Positions 36,876 through 49,811 of a DNA stretch of 54,877 nucleotides are shown piece by piece. Origin of the DNA: Perkinsus olseni (lineage: Eukaryota); contig JABANN010000192.1 in the NCBI GenBank assembly GCA_013115125.1, positions 1-54,877 of the forward strand. The letters run 5' to 3'. The notes under the pieces were generated by a model, which searched no databases, was not told the origin of the DNA, and saw only the letters and a list, made by a program, of their open reading frames with translations. The position numbers and the translations under genes are program-made. How positions within the stretch are numbered: position 1 is the stretch's first letter; each line of letters starts with the position of its first letter.

Positions 36876-38681
36876 TCATGTGTCACAGGCACTCTTAGCC
36901 CGCAAGCCAGGCTCTCTTCTTGCGCCGGAGGACCTGAGCGGACCACTCATACCCTCCTGAGGACCTTCACTCACAGGAGGTGGTGGTATGGGGGCGTTGC
37001 CCGGTATGAGCTCTCCTGTACTGTAAAAGTGCTTTTTCCTATCGTAAGGCGTGTACAACTGGCGCATGCGCATGCGCCACGTTCTCTGAAGCAGAAGGGA
37101 TACGTGAAGGGGACCCGGCTCACGCTTGTGGCTACTATGGGGTGCTTCTTCACGCCATATTTTGAACGCCGGGACCGACGGTCCTTCACAGGCAAACAGT
37201 CGTACTTGCCACGGACTATCTGACATGTGCATGCGTGCATGAATCTTGTGTCGGGGACACCTGCTGGTGCTTACTTTGTAATTGCAGCCAGGAATATCGT
37301 TGGCCCGCCCTCCTCTGACCAATACTACACTATGGACTTGCAGATTGTGTCCAATGCCGGGTATGAACCTACACGGCTTAGGAAACATAGGAAGCCTTCT
37401 CGCCATAGGAAATGCCGTTCTCCAGTAATTGGAACAACGCGAGGTGACCTTAGCCCGTAGGACTTACGCTAGGACCACCCTCTTGTTGCTGAGACGAACC
37501 CTCGCCACCTTCCTCAGCCCCGAATGAGGCTTCCTTGGCGACTTCACCGTCACCTGAGGATCTAACCATTCTCCCCGTCGAATCATCAGCAGTGTATCGT
37601 CATGACCTTAACACAGATACCCTTCTTGAAAGGGTTGCCCTCCAGCCATTTGGATCGAACATTCCAGCTTCGCCCTGAAACGCCAACGCTTCGGGTACTC
37701 GGTATTTTCGAGAAGCACAAGGCAGCTCACCAACCCGATGTTGATATTACTCGGCACGAACTTGGGCACCCTCTTGTAGAACAGCCGGCCGCGCAATCTG
37801 AAGGTGTACCCTCGAGTGCCGCCGGGTGGAGTAGTAGTGGAAGGGGATTCGCGGAACGGTGGCCCCAGGCTTGACATCAGCGGCGTTGATGCCCACCGGT
37901 GGAGGGTACACTGCGTACCGTTGGGGAACTAACACAGAAACCGCTGCACAAAGTCGAGGGACATACTGTGTCACCAGTCACCTCGTTGAACGTGAAAATG
38001 GAGCCAACGGGTAAATTGCAATAGCGCCCTTTTGTATCACTACTAGGGGTGGGCACTGCTTTCGTTTCGGTTGTTTCGGTTGGTTCGGTTTGGTTCGGTT
38101 CGCCGCAAAACCTAACCGAAATAAGACGCCCGATTCGGTTCGGGCTCTACACCGATTTCGGTTCGTCTTTTTCGTCGATTTCGGTTCGTTTTTGTCGATT
38201 TCGGTTCGCTGTCGGCCGATTTCATGCATGCTGCATCGATGCATGCATGTACGCTTGGAGTGGGTGTGACCTATTTAGCACCCTTAGTCTAGTAACGGTG
38301 CGAGGCTCACTATAGAGCTTCCAGTGACACTCTGGGGCAAGTACCATTGCCAATGGTGCGGCGGTGAGAAAATAGATCGCACTGTGCGATGGCTGCACTG
38401 AGTCCTATGATTGGGCCAGCCGAAACGAATCAGCCGAAATGAACCAACCGACTTCACTACAACCGAACTCGGCGAACCGAACTCACCGAAACAATCTCGG
38501 CGCCATCGAACCGAATCGCACCGAACTATGATTTTATCTTTCGGTGCCCACCTCTAATCACTACCAGTGATGGACGGAACCCTGAGGTCGATGGTCGCAG
38601 GCCGGACATGAAGGTCCTTTGACAAGATGCACGGCAGACGCCTACCACTCCTGGCGACTGCCTCGCCAAGCTGGGTATCAT
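36876..38681 (-). CDS. MRPS12: Mitochondrial ribosomal protein uS12m
   Basis: [84 protein letters not shown]; Arg/Ser-rich presequence from ATG 38681 inferred. Confidence 0.85.
38044..38556. mobile_element. Non-autonomous hAT-type MITE (513 bp)
   Basis: TIRs TAGGGGTGGGCAC / GTGCCCACCTCTA; 8 bp TSD ATCACTAC (38036-38043 and 38557-38564); arrays of TTCGG at the left end and CCGAA at the right end. Confidence 0.93.
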
Positions 38682-38937
38682 GTTGTACAAAAACTGACAA
38701 TAATTAACACAGGCTGTATGCTAAGCGACTCGTGACGGATCTTAGGTCGATGAGTGCAATTCACGAATAGATCGAATAGATTCACCATGGTGGACGAATA
38801 ATACAGCTTCATGACTCAAATACCAACACGAGCCCTCCAACGCCACAGAATCACCCCCGCGATGCCGTAAAATGTCTGTAAAGGCCTCCAGTGAGGGTCA
38901 CATTCCCCAGACTGTATTGGAAAAGTGGTTATGATAC

Positions 38938-41626
38938 TCAATGGTTCGTGAGGGGAGTGTACTCGGCCATCTGGGACTTCACCTCCAGCATGACTTCCTC
39001 TCTGAGTTGAGCCTGAAGAGACGCTTGAGATGTACCGATGAAGCTGTACGATCCTACCTGTAGCGATCGAGTGATGAACTTCTTATAAATTAGCATGCCA
39101 ATACCCAGGCCAGCGAGGATGCCAAGCAGAATCAGCACAACTGTGCCGAAGGTCACTCCACCTTGATAAATTCTGAAAAGATACTAGCTGCCGTGATTAT
39201 TGTGGTGAACCGCCTCAACCCCAAGATACGGACGAACCGTCCAGTCAGTCACGAAAGCAGTTGAGATTTATTACATATCAGGCGACAGGTACTTCGAACA
39301 GGCTGATGGCGGGTCGGTGAACGCTGAGCATATCGCCCTACGAATGGGGTCAGCTTCGAGGTCTCCTGCATATCTGATACCACACCAACATGAACAACAG
39401 GCAAATTGAAACTTAACACACCGAGGGTGAGCATAAATATCAGTCTGGCTCAAGATGGGTCGTTAGCCGTCCGTGGCGCATATTACTACCTCCAACCATT
39501 GATTCTGATAGCTGACGGACTCCACGCCTTCGTCTGCACTTGCGCGTTAAGTATACTCTAAGAAACAATACGATAACTACTACTACCGCCGCGGACACTA
39601 TTAGCTATCCGTAGCCACTACTACTACAGCGGCATTAACTGACGACCTGCACTCACCCTCTTCGTTATATCATCCTTCATGCACTTATCGACCGTGGTCA
39701 CGTCAATGCCCAACTTTTTCATGACCTACTACAAACAACAGTATCCCACCTGCCGGGACTGCTCAACGTACCCGCTCGGCACAGAGGTCTCCAAAGCGCT
39801 TATCCTCCGCCGTATTCTTCCATTCGTCGTGCGTCATCGAAGCAGGGCATCTAAGGTTGATGCTTGCACAAAACAAGAAGGCCAATGATACTCACTCATT
39901 GAGAAAAGCCGCCTTATACTCGATGTACGCATCAGAATGCTTGAAGGTCCCGAAAGCATCACCTAAGTACCAAGACCTCGCGTCGACCTAAGATTCCTCT
40001 GAGCATGCGGACCTGCCGATAAAGATTCCGCGGTCATCTCCCGGATACACAGCTGTCGAAGGCCCTCATTGACCACCATACGTCCAGTCAGTTGGCTATT
40101 ACTGTCAACGTCATCCGAGCAATACCTAGAGGACGAGGGCGGTGATGGTCTCACAAGGGGTTAGGTTGAAGCGTGCTCGATACGAGTCAAAAGATACCGA
40201 TTCCCTCCCTACGTATGCTCATCCACTGAGAGGCACATATCCTCATACGCCTTGTAGTCGAGAGAGAATACGTTATAGTGTGGCCGGATATTAATTCTGC
40301 CCTTCATCTCACGGAAGAACGGTGCCTGATAGTTATCCACTACTCAGAGTTCGACCTCTCTGCCAAAGACGTGAGTAAACCCAAGATGCGTCCCTACCAT
40401 CTCCTGGAACAGTCGGTAGCTGTCCTGCCGTCCCGCGCTTGTCCACCAATCAAACACTACGACATGCTGAGCTGGCAGGTTCCAAGATAACTCAACCAGT
40501 ACGTATCTAAGGTCGAAGCTGGGCCCAAACAGGGCGATAAGATACTACTTATGGAGCCTGACATCGGTGACTTTGGAGTTATCGTTGTTGAAGCGCTTCA
40601 GCCAGGTCCTGAAGATGACGAGTCCAACCCCTACCTCCATTTGGGGTACTCAAGTCAGTCCCTTACCGGAGCAATTCCGAGTCCTTCCAATTGAGTAAGA
40701 TGGTCGGTACGTTCACACGGGAGCCATATCCGTCATCCGCAGGGACCACCATAGAGATCTGAAAAAGGACCCTAGCAATAAACCCACTAATGGACACAAT
40801 GATAGCAGTGAGAGTCGGAACGAAAAGAACAGAGCGGCGGTGCTGTAGGATCGGTAGGAGTAAACAGCAGTCGCAGCTGAGCCTAGCCGCTACTAGTCAG
40901 GTTACTACATCTTGATCCTTCTTTTCATAAGACTGCAGTATCAGCACCGCAGCTGCGTTCTTCTTGGCTTCCGCCACTCTCACTTTCGACACAAACGTAC
41001 AAGTCCCTCTGAAAGGCGCCGAAAATGCAGCCCACCCGACCGGAGCCCTTCCCTCGGTACCTTTCCACCACGACTATGTTCAGCGGTGTATTCGATCCAT
41101 CCACCGAAGCCGCTTCCCCGACCTTCTCATCCTTCGAGTTGAACTCTTGACCGTCCACGTCGTAGTCATTTTGGCAATGATTGGACTTCGAGTCGGCGAA
41201 GACCAATCGACCTGTCACACTACCACTGTTGCTCATCACGCGACGACCGTCTTGTGCATGCGTGCAACGCTGATTGCCCATCTCCGAATAGAACAAGGAA
41301 GACAAACTTCACACTCTTTCCCAGCTTGCGTTGACTATGATTAACCATTAACGTCCGGGAGACTCGCATTCAGCCTTACGAGGGCCGACCCTACCCACCT
41401 CGCTGTCGCTGTCCATAGTGTGGAGTCCCGAAGGTAGCAGTGGCCCCCAGCAGGAAGCCATTGTTCTGAATGTTCTTCGCTATCCACGGCTCATCGATCT
41501 TCATAACCTGACCTCAACCGATACTACAGCGGCGCCATACCACTCCCTCACCAACTCCTCCGGTTTAATGACCCGCACTTGGCCGACTGAAGGGATCCCC
41601 AAGACCAGCAGGGTCGTGAGTCTCAT
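38938..41626 (-). CDS. Vacuolar sorting receptor (BP-80/VSR-like, PA domain)
   Basis: Signal peptide, ATFGTPHYG, PA domain IVVVER..TFVSKV..AE, PADDGYGSRVNVPTILL, YCSDDVD..TGRMVVNEGLRQLCI, AIRINGW, RAICSAF, TM, tail EVKSQMAEYTPL (YxxL). Confidence 0.85.
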
Positions 41627-42030
41627 TGATAGATAAAAAAGGTGATGCACCCTAAAAGGCAACAGCTCACTTCGCCACTGGAGGCGCTTGAGGGCACCGA
41701 CACCCCAAGGTATTAGAGTAATTACGACCAGATTTCGACAGTGACTTGGTGACTCAATCACGACCGATTGTGACTCGAGAAAAATTATGACCGGACACCT
41801 CAAGATTCGCTATTCTCCTAAGAAGAAACCAATACGAATGTGATGCAGCATCAGCAGCAGCTTCCACCAACGCAATTGGCAGTACTCATAACTCGAAGAG
41901 ATGTAGAAATGGTGGTAGTGAACAAATGGAAGGTCATTGTTGTTGTTAGGGGGCTATCGCCTTCACAGAGGAGGATGAGGAGAAGGACAACCACGGGCGT
42001 CGTTGTCGTCCAGAATCTGGTAAGCTGGTA

Positions 42031-45000
42031 CTAATGACGATTGTCGTCCCTTCGGGGAGCCACAGGCAACTCGTCTTCAAGGTGGCAGTAACTACGACAG
42101 ATGCATCGAGGGTATCATCCCACACTCTAAAGAATGAGAAGTGTCCAATAATGCTGCATCCAATTCCGGAGTGCATTTCCTCGCGAGTGGTTGAATATTC
42201 GATGACGATATTGCCAAGGTACTTCGATACTGGTTTTAAAAATCTATTGGCCGAGTTTCGCTTAGATATTCGCCCTGAGGTCTCCACAGCCGCTCGCGAC
42301 CTTAAAATTTTCTAGGTCAAAACCTCGGCACTCCAGCCACACTTTCAACCGAAGGATTAAGACTGGGGCATCTCCTATTACTCGAACTGGAAGTCCTTCT
42401 TGATCTTCTGAGCCCATTCATCAGCATAGCAGTCGAAGTAGACGTAAGTGCCATACTCATACTTCGGGTTTACTACGGATGGCTCACTATGACGCTTAAA
42501 CCAAGTCCCTAGAAAGAAAAGCGATACGATACGGATCACAAGCATCAGAAGCAGCAGCAGCAGAGTACCGTATCGACTGTGGAATCTCCAACTCATCCGT
42601 TTGAGTTCACGAGCGGCGAGATACCTACGCGAGAAATGCACGGGTCAACCTAAGATTCCCCTAAGAGTATTACTGAGCATAGGTGCCAGGACGGTAGTAG
42701 AAGACAAACATAAGGGTGTCAAAAGGCAACTTCTGGAACCTGGAGGAACAACAAGGTTAGTCCGACGACTCACCAACCCTCGGCGGGACCTACACTGCTT
42801 CCGAGTCGGCTTCTTCTACTGGACGCTGTGGGTAGGGACTCTTCCTCGCGGCACTGGATGGTATGGGGTTTGCTGGCGACTGATAAGACCAGGGCCAATC
42901 CGCCATCACAGCCGCTGTAAGTAAGATACTCTAACACCCACGAAGTTCACGGGACGTGCTTGAAGGAGCGTTCGAAGCTCCCAAAGGCAGTATCGTGCGG
43001 AGGCCACGAACGCTGCGGACTTCGCTTCGACATCGAACGGCGAATATCCCAAAACTATCGCACAGAGATCTCCACCGACCACTATCACTAATTCCGGCCG
43101 AAAAAGATACTCTCTCCTGGAGCGGAAAATACGATAAGCGAAAATGAGGTCACTATGCCACATGCAAAATTGAGGCTGCTATGCCATTACATGACGAGGG
43201 ACGCCTTCAATGCTTCTCGTGTCTTAGCGTTCGGCGGCGTCATAGTGATACCATCCCGAAAAAGGTTATTACATACGATCTTTCAGTACAGCAAAGGTCG
43301 TTCGGCATAGGCCTGTTCTCATAGCTCCGTAAGAGCATCTCCATCGCTGGGTCCACAGGTGTCGCCTGGCGAGTATCTTCATGCTGGACCTTGACCTCCG
43401 CAGGTTCAGGTTGAGCTACGGGCGCTGAAGATACATCGTAAGGCCTCGAGTAGGTTGCATTCGACTTACCCTTGAAACCAGGTGGCGGCGCTGGTGCTGC
43501 CGCCTGAGCCGCCGTTTGAGGTGGAGAAGCCGCAGAAGTAGAAGCAGTAGCCTGGAATGCACGATCCTGGGATCGAACGCGGGACCTTCAGATGACCCTA
43601 CATTGGTCGGCGTTGGCACCTTCTCGTTAACCTTGACGCTCTCATCTTCTTTATGCTCAACCGTCGCCACTAACAAGAGTCACATCACTTCACAGTCGGC
43701 CTTCCTACAATCCTTACTATCATCTCCCAACGGTGGTGGTGGGTAGCTGGGCACCGCCGGCGGGCTCGGCGGTGCCGGTGGTGAGATCGATGGCAGAGCC
43801 GGCAACGTCGGGCGCGGAGGTGACTGAAAAAGGGACGTGTCTCATGTAAAACCTCTTTAAAGCTCCATAGGCTTTTCAAGCGAGGGAACTTGCGACAGCA
43901 GTGGCAACTGAGGCCTTCTAGCGAACATTTCACGCTGCTATGCAAACCAGTTTATGCTACTTTCACTACTTCAACCTCCATCGCTGTAATTACTACATAA
44001 TGTTCATACAGTATCCACTACGATAATTCATATCAAAACAAGTACCATCCACCCTCAGCGAGCAAGCCCAGATCACCGACCTTGGATGGTGGTTGATACC
44101 CAGCTGCCTTCGCTGCCAACGCCTTTTGCATGGCCTTAGCACCAGCCGACAGTGGTACCTAATTTCCCACGAATCACCTCATCATCCGGCTGCGAGCAGC
44201 AACAGTATTACCTCCTTCACAGGCTTCTTAGGTTTATCTTCATCCGAGCTCTCCTGAGACTCCTGCGTATCCGTAGGCTCACCATCGGCGTTCTCAGATT
44301 CGTCAACGTCAATGGGCTTGGTGTATGCATTGATACGATTGTCATCAAGATGATGATTGACGTAAAGCTCCTCGTCATGATAATAATCAGGATTCTCATG
44401 CTCCTCCAGATAGTAACTACGATAAGAACAGACACTTAAGAAAGGGAACACTCGGTGAAGCCAGAAAGCCCTTGTGCATGCGTGCGGAGTGCCCTTCATA
44501 ATTAAGATTCTCCTGTCGCTCATTTATCTTTCTATCCCGCAGATCTAACTATTCCTACCAATTAATCTTCCACCAGCCATCTACTACGTATGCCTTATCA
44601 AAGTCTCTACGTGTAGATCTATTAACTGCACTTGGGTCACACTGACAACTGCACCGCGACGAGTGCCTTACTCCAAAGCCTGTTCTGTTATCTCCAGCTC
44701 ATCATAATCAACATCCTCTTCGTTATCCAACTTTCGTATCAGCTGCTCCAGCTTAGCTTGATGCCACTGATGACGAGCAATCCATATTTCTGACAACAAA
44801 TAAATTCCCTCCCGTCGCCCTCCCCTTCTCCCACGTCATTACTTAATTCGGCCACTCGAGTGGACTCTGCTGGAGTCAGCTTGGAGCCCTTGGACTTCTT
44901 CTTTTTACCTGAGGGACCACTCACCAACGCGGGCTCCCACCACAGCCACTACCTTTTTCGCGGCCACCCTCACCCATTATTTTCTCCATCTCAGCCGTAT

Positions 45001-45839
45001 ACTCGTCAATCTGGAAGCATCAAAGTGATAAGACTCTTAAAGGGCGTGGATGCTATTACCTGTTGCGTTAGCTGATCAACATAGGATTCCAATCGACTTC
45101 TTGTCTCCATCCTCTTCTGTTCTGCTGGGTCCACTTTGTCCTACAAAAATAGCCATCACCAAAAGAGCATGCGCGTCATCAAATTTTGAATTATTTAAAA
45201 ATATTATGGATTCTATGATCTAATATTCGCTATCAATTTGCACTATCCGAATAGTCATATAACTAATTAGGTCAAGTACCTCATTATGGACTTGAGTTGC
45301 TGGTTTTACGGTACTAAAATTTTTGTAATAGAGAAATAAAGTCCCCAGCCCGCAGTCACCTGAGCTTGTAGTCCCATGAAACTGAAGGGCTTGGTCTTGC
45401 TCTCCCGCTCGAACTCCTTAAAACGCTCCATTTCGACCTACACGATGAAGTCGTCCACCCAAGGCAGGGAGGATAGATAGCTCACCTCGATCTTCCGTCG
45501 AGTGTCAGTGAGCTTCCCCTTGTCCTTCACCTCCTGAAGATGACCAGATCACTTTCTGATGTAAAAACTGCAAAATACTACCGTCCCACTAATCCACTTC
45601 ATTATATCCTCTCGATACCGCTGGAGCTTCTTAATCTCCTTTTTCAAGTCCATTTGGTTCTTCTCCTGAAAGTAGCATAAAATTCTCACGCGCCCCCGAC
45701 GACCACCCAAACTCACCCTTTGGTTCTGATTTTGACTCTCCTCGACTTTCCGCCACACTTGCTGAAATTCATCTACTCCTTCGTCAACCTTCTTCAACGT
45801 CACATCGATGGTTGCCTGCAATTTTCGACTGGCAGACAT
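42031..45839 (-). CDS. CNOT3: CCR4-NOT complex subunit 3
   Basis: [55 protein letters not shown] box [50 protein letters not shown]. Confidence 0.93.
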
Positions 45840-46464
45840 AGTGCTGACCGACCACTCGGGAGGGAGTTCAAAAGAGTAGGGAAAAAGGAGAGTGGGCAAC
45901 TAAAGTCAAAATCGAATCAACCGGGCGAAGGTTTCCTTTATTACTAACGACCATTTCCCACAGCGGAGAGATGGTTCGACAGAGGCTGAGCAGCGAGCTT
46001 GCTTTCGTTCCGTTATGGGAATCGTTGTTTGTGCCAGTGACCATGTCAAGCTCGAAGATATCGCGAGATTACAAACCCGCATCACTCGGGAAGCTGCAAG
46101 CACTTCCGTCATTCAGATAAGCGATGAATTCAACGACGATTTAGCCGAGTAAAAACAGCGCGCTTACGGAATTACTCGCGCAATCGCTGGAAGATTTCAC
46201 CCACTATATAATCGTCCTCGCGCTCAGTAGGTAGCCTTCCGTGTGTACCATCTCTTAAAGTAGCGAAGCCTCGGTAATCTCCACTGCCCTCACACCGGGA
46301 AATTTTTCAAAATCTGCGGCTGCTGGAATTCGTACTGGAGGTTGACGGAGCGGAGCGGTGGAAAATTATGTTGGTCGTGGTTCGACCTAATTAACTCGAA
46401 GAAGAAGAGAATCCTCAGGTTAACTACCGTACCATACGTATATTCACTGTAGTGGTTTCTTTTC

Positions 46465-48068
46465 ATGAACTATACGGACGCCAGTTGGGCACCTCCAGGA
46501 GCTATCTTCAATTCACCAACAAGACGAGGACCCTTTTCTGAGTAAGACCGGGGCCGGGCGTATCTATCTCATCCGTAAAGTACCAGAGTGGACCTAAGAT
46601 TCCTCTTTGCCAGGCTCCAGACCTATGGCCAGTCCCGGCCGTCACCATACGACTACGTGGCACCGCCGTACCCTCCTCCGAATGCCCGGAGTAACCAATA
46701 TCATCGGAATCCTCTATCCGACGGCGGTTCCCAGTATTGTAACGAGGGCAGGGGTAATCACGGTTCGGATAGAACCACACCAGCCGGCCCTCCTCAAGGC
46801 TCTCTACCACCCCGAAGACGCGCGCCACAGGTAGTAGGCTTACTAGATACCAAAAGATACGTCGAAATAACACCGTAGGTGCGGCAAGCATCGTCATCAT
46901 CTATTCCGGCGAGGCCGAGTAATTTCGATCCCTCTGGGTATGGTCTGTTGAGACACCCTTCGCCCCCTCCCATGCCTCCACCGTCTCTCGCCGCTGTCTA
47001 CCCGGTAGGGCCATTCCCGTCCAACGCCGGCGGGCCGCCTTCTTCTGGTCACCATCACCACCAACAACCTTATGGCAACTGGATGACGGAGGGGATGCCG
47101 GGGTCGTCGACAATGCCGTTGCAACCTAGGAAGGTTAAGGCAATCACTGACCCACAACGTAGTACTGCTGGAGATGTCACGCGCCACGAAATTACCTGGA
47201 TTGCCTGGTCAGATGTATTCAGCAGTCCCCCATCACCCAGACTAACGCATGCGTTGTTGGACGATGCCCGTCAAAGGAAGAAAAGTGGACGCCACATACT
47301 CACGCGGACATCTTCACGAGTCTGGGGAGGAGACTCCAAGACGGTCCTCAGGCTCAGCCAGCCTCTCACGGTAATACAGCGTGCTTGCGTTTCTCCTGTT
47401 GCTCGCTAGACCGAATTTTGGGGGAAATTTGGTATTAGACCGAACCGTTAAGCGTTGAGATCCCATCACTTGTTCTACTAATGTCGTCTTCAGGAGCATC
47501 ATACTTCTATTTCCACTAATTCGCTACGGAAGACGGCCGATCGCGAGGGTATGAGTAAGGAGCTTATCGACAGTATGCTGACTTTGGCCAAAAAGGTAAT
47601 GGGGGCTTTGTGAAGACAGGCAGACGTGGTTCAGGCGAACAGTCAACTTGCAACCATATTTTGGAGATCGAGTCGTTTTCGCCTGGTCAGGCCCGGCGAC
47701 GAGGGTCTCATGTCCTCTGTAAAAGAAGGGACGGCAAGCAGGTGCTGTGTAAGCCACCTGGAGAGCCGTCCGCGATAGGAAAGGGTTTTTATTCCCTGCC
47801 GCAATCCGACTTCCATCTACCACCGAAGTCGGCGGCGGGCGCCGAGGACATTGGCGATCAACATCAAGGACAGCATTATCATCATAATCATAATCACGGC
47901 CAGACGCAATTCTACGACTTTAATTCGACCACAGCCCAAACTACAGGAGCTTACTGGAGCAACCACACTTTCGACGATGCTGGACTCTCTATGTTTCTTC
48001 CCGACTCTCGACGACCTGACAAGTCCACCTCCGACTGGTTGCATGGTAATAATAATACACGGGGTTAG
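46465..48068 (+). CDS. Hypothetical Pro/His-rich protein
   Basis: ATG after pyrimidine tract; successive exons with GT-AG introns; low complexity, no family recognised. Confidence 0.4.
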
Positions 48069-49353
48069 GTGCCGGCTTCTAGTGACTGAGCGAATCTTGA
48101 GCGTGCGCTCCGGTATCTTTTGAGTATCTTTGATGAGGCATCTTGGAGAAGGTTGATGACATCGATCTCCGTAGAATCGCGGAATTCCTTTTAACCGAGG
48201 CAAGACGGTAGCTTGGTCACAGCAAGGTTTGGTGTTCAGGAACGTATTCGAATGCTTCTACGAGTACTGTTGGAAGCGTTGGAGGCGGTCAGAGCAGCTA
48301 TGGCCGCGTGGGCACGGAATTGGTTTAAAGTTTATCACTGGTAGGTCGTCGGTTCCATTCATGGTAGAGGCATTACATATCCATTTTCAGTTGAGAGGAG
48401 TTCTTGTCTCATTGTTGTTGTCATTGGAGCCCACTTTCTCTTCTACTGCTTGGCCAACCGCTCCCCAAGCGTCAGAAGATTCCCTCGGCAACTGCCCCTC
48501 CCCCTCCTGGTCTTGTTAATACTACTACTTTGGGTCTCCCTAATTCTGTACTACTACTCCTATTGTTAGTGCCACTGTACTTGTGAATTCTTCGTATCTC
48601 GATCTAAGCCTTCCAGGGGTTATACAAGCCACGCCAGCCAGGGCGGCGACCTTATTGACTAATTCCAATCAGCAGCCCACCCCCCATTTGTTATCGAAAA
48701 GGCCGATAGCAAGCTCACGTGTTGCCTCCCAGTAGTGTCTCCGAGTGCTGTTGGACTCAGTCCCCCCGCTGCTTCCAATGCTTGCCATCATACCAACGAC
48801 TTGGGAGATTCTCTGCGGCACTACTGCTGGGCCTCTTTGGTCATCGAAGGAGCCTCTAGTGTTGTACTGGGTCGTAGTGAGTCGGGGGCGACAACATGAC
48901 AATCATTTAATGAGGAATTTCGTGGCGCAGCGGTCATGGCGGGCTACGCGCAGTTCAGGTTAGTCTTATTTCCATATACCATAGTAGGCGTTGTAGTATG
49001 TTCTTGATTGTCTTACGCTCCCGCGCTTTGATTGGTTGAAGTCACTTTTACTTCTCCTAGTTTTCTTCCTGCCATCTGCTTATCAATCACCGGCCATTCT
49101 CCAGTAGATCTGGTCTGATGGTCGTCCGCCGCCACAAGGAGAAGTGCTTGTCTCTGTCCCCCCTTTCCCCAAGTCTTGTTCCAGCCTGTCCCTCGCGGTG
49201 TGCTGCGTCTGCAGCGCCTATCAGTCGAGATGTGACGGCTGGTGACAGCCATAGTCGTATGAATAACCGTTGACTACTACAGCGGCCGCGGCGGTGATGG
49301 CGAACCTCAGGAAGATGATTATCTAATGGTCCCTCTTTTAACAGACGGTCAAG

Positions 49354-49354
<1 letters not shown>

Positions 49355-49393
<39 letters not shown>
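49355..49393. repeat. (CAT)13 microsatellite
   Basis: Perfect trinucleotide tandem repeat. Confidence 0.95.
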
Positions 49394-49811
49394 TGTCGCC
49401 TTCTATGTCTTCCCATAGCAGAAGATAGGCCTTCTCTGATGGCCCCGTCTCCTTCTGCTCCTGTCGTCTAACAATATCTTCATAATCACCATTGCTTTTA
49501 AATTATTGAGGTTACACGATCGTATTAGATCGAAGACAACAACAAGGCTGCCTGTGTTGTCACGACATCAGATCTGAAAACTCGTCGTCGCCCTCCTGTG
49601 TAGTCTCTGATGCACAGAGGGCCACAGTAGAGATCAGTGATGATGATGAGTGAATGGCGGCTACTGGTCACGGCGGAGCGAAGCACTTGTTGTTGATTTT
49701 GATTGGTGAATAAACGAACAGTTGCTTCTCGGTCATGTGGAATTGCTATTGAGTTCAGCCAGTATAAGGGTGGACGTGTTAGATTGTTTCCGGGGTATCT
49801 TGAGGTCGACT

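Noticed and set aside
37978-38315. ORFs with repetitive TEP/SVR content
   Set aside because: Translations of MITE subterminal repeats, not a transposase.
39445-39456. TGGCTCAAG matching the 3' end of the Perkinsus/dinoflagellate spliced leader
   Set aside because: Too short, lacks the upstream CCGTAGCCAT and a following GT donor; lies antisense within the VSR gene.
48200-49700. Short ORFs in a 1.5 kb low-complexity stretch
   Set aside because: No coherent spliced model or family motif could be supported.
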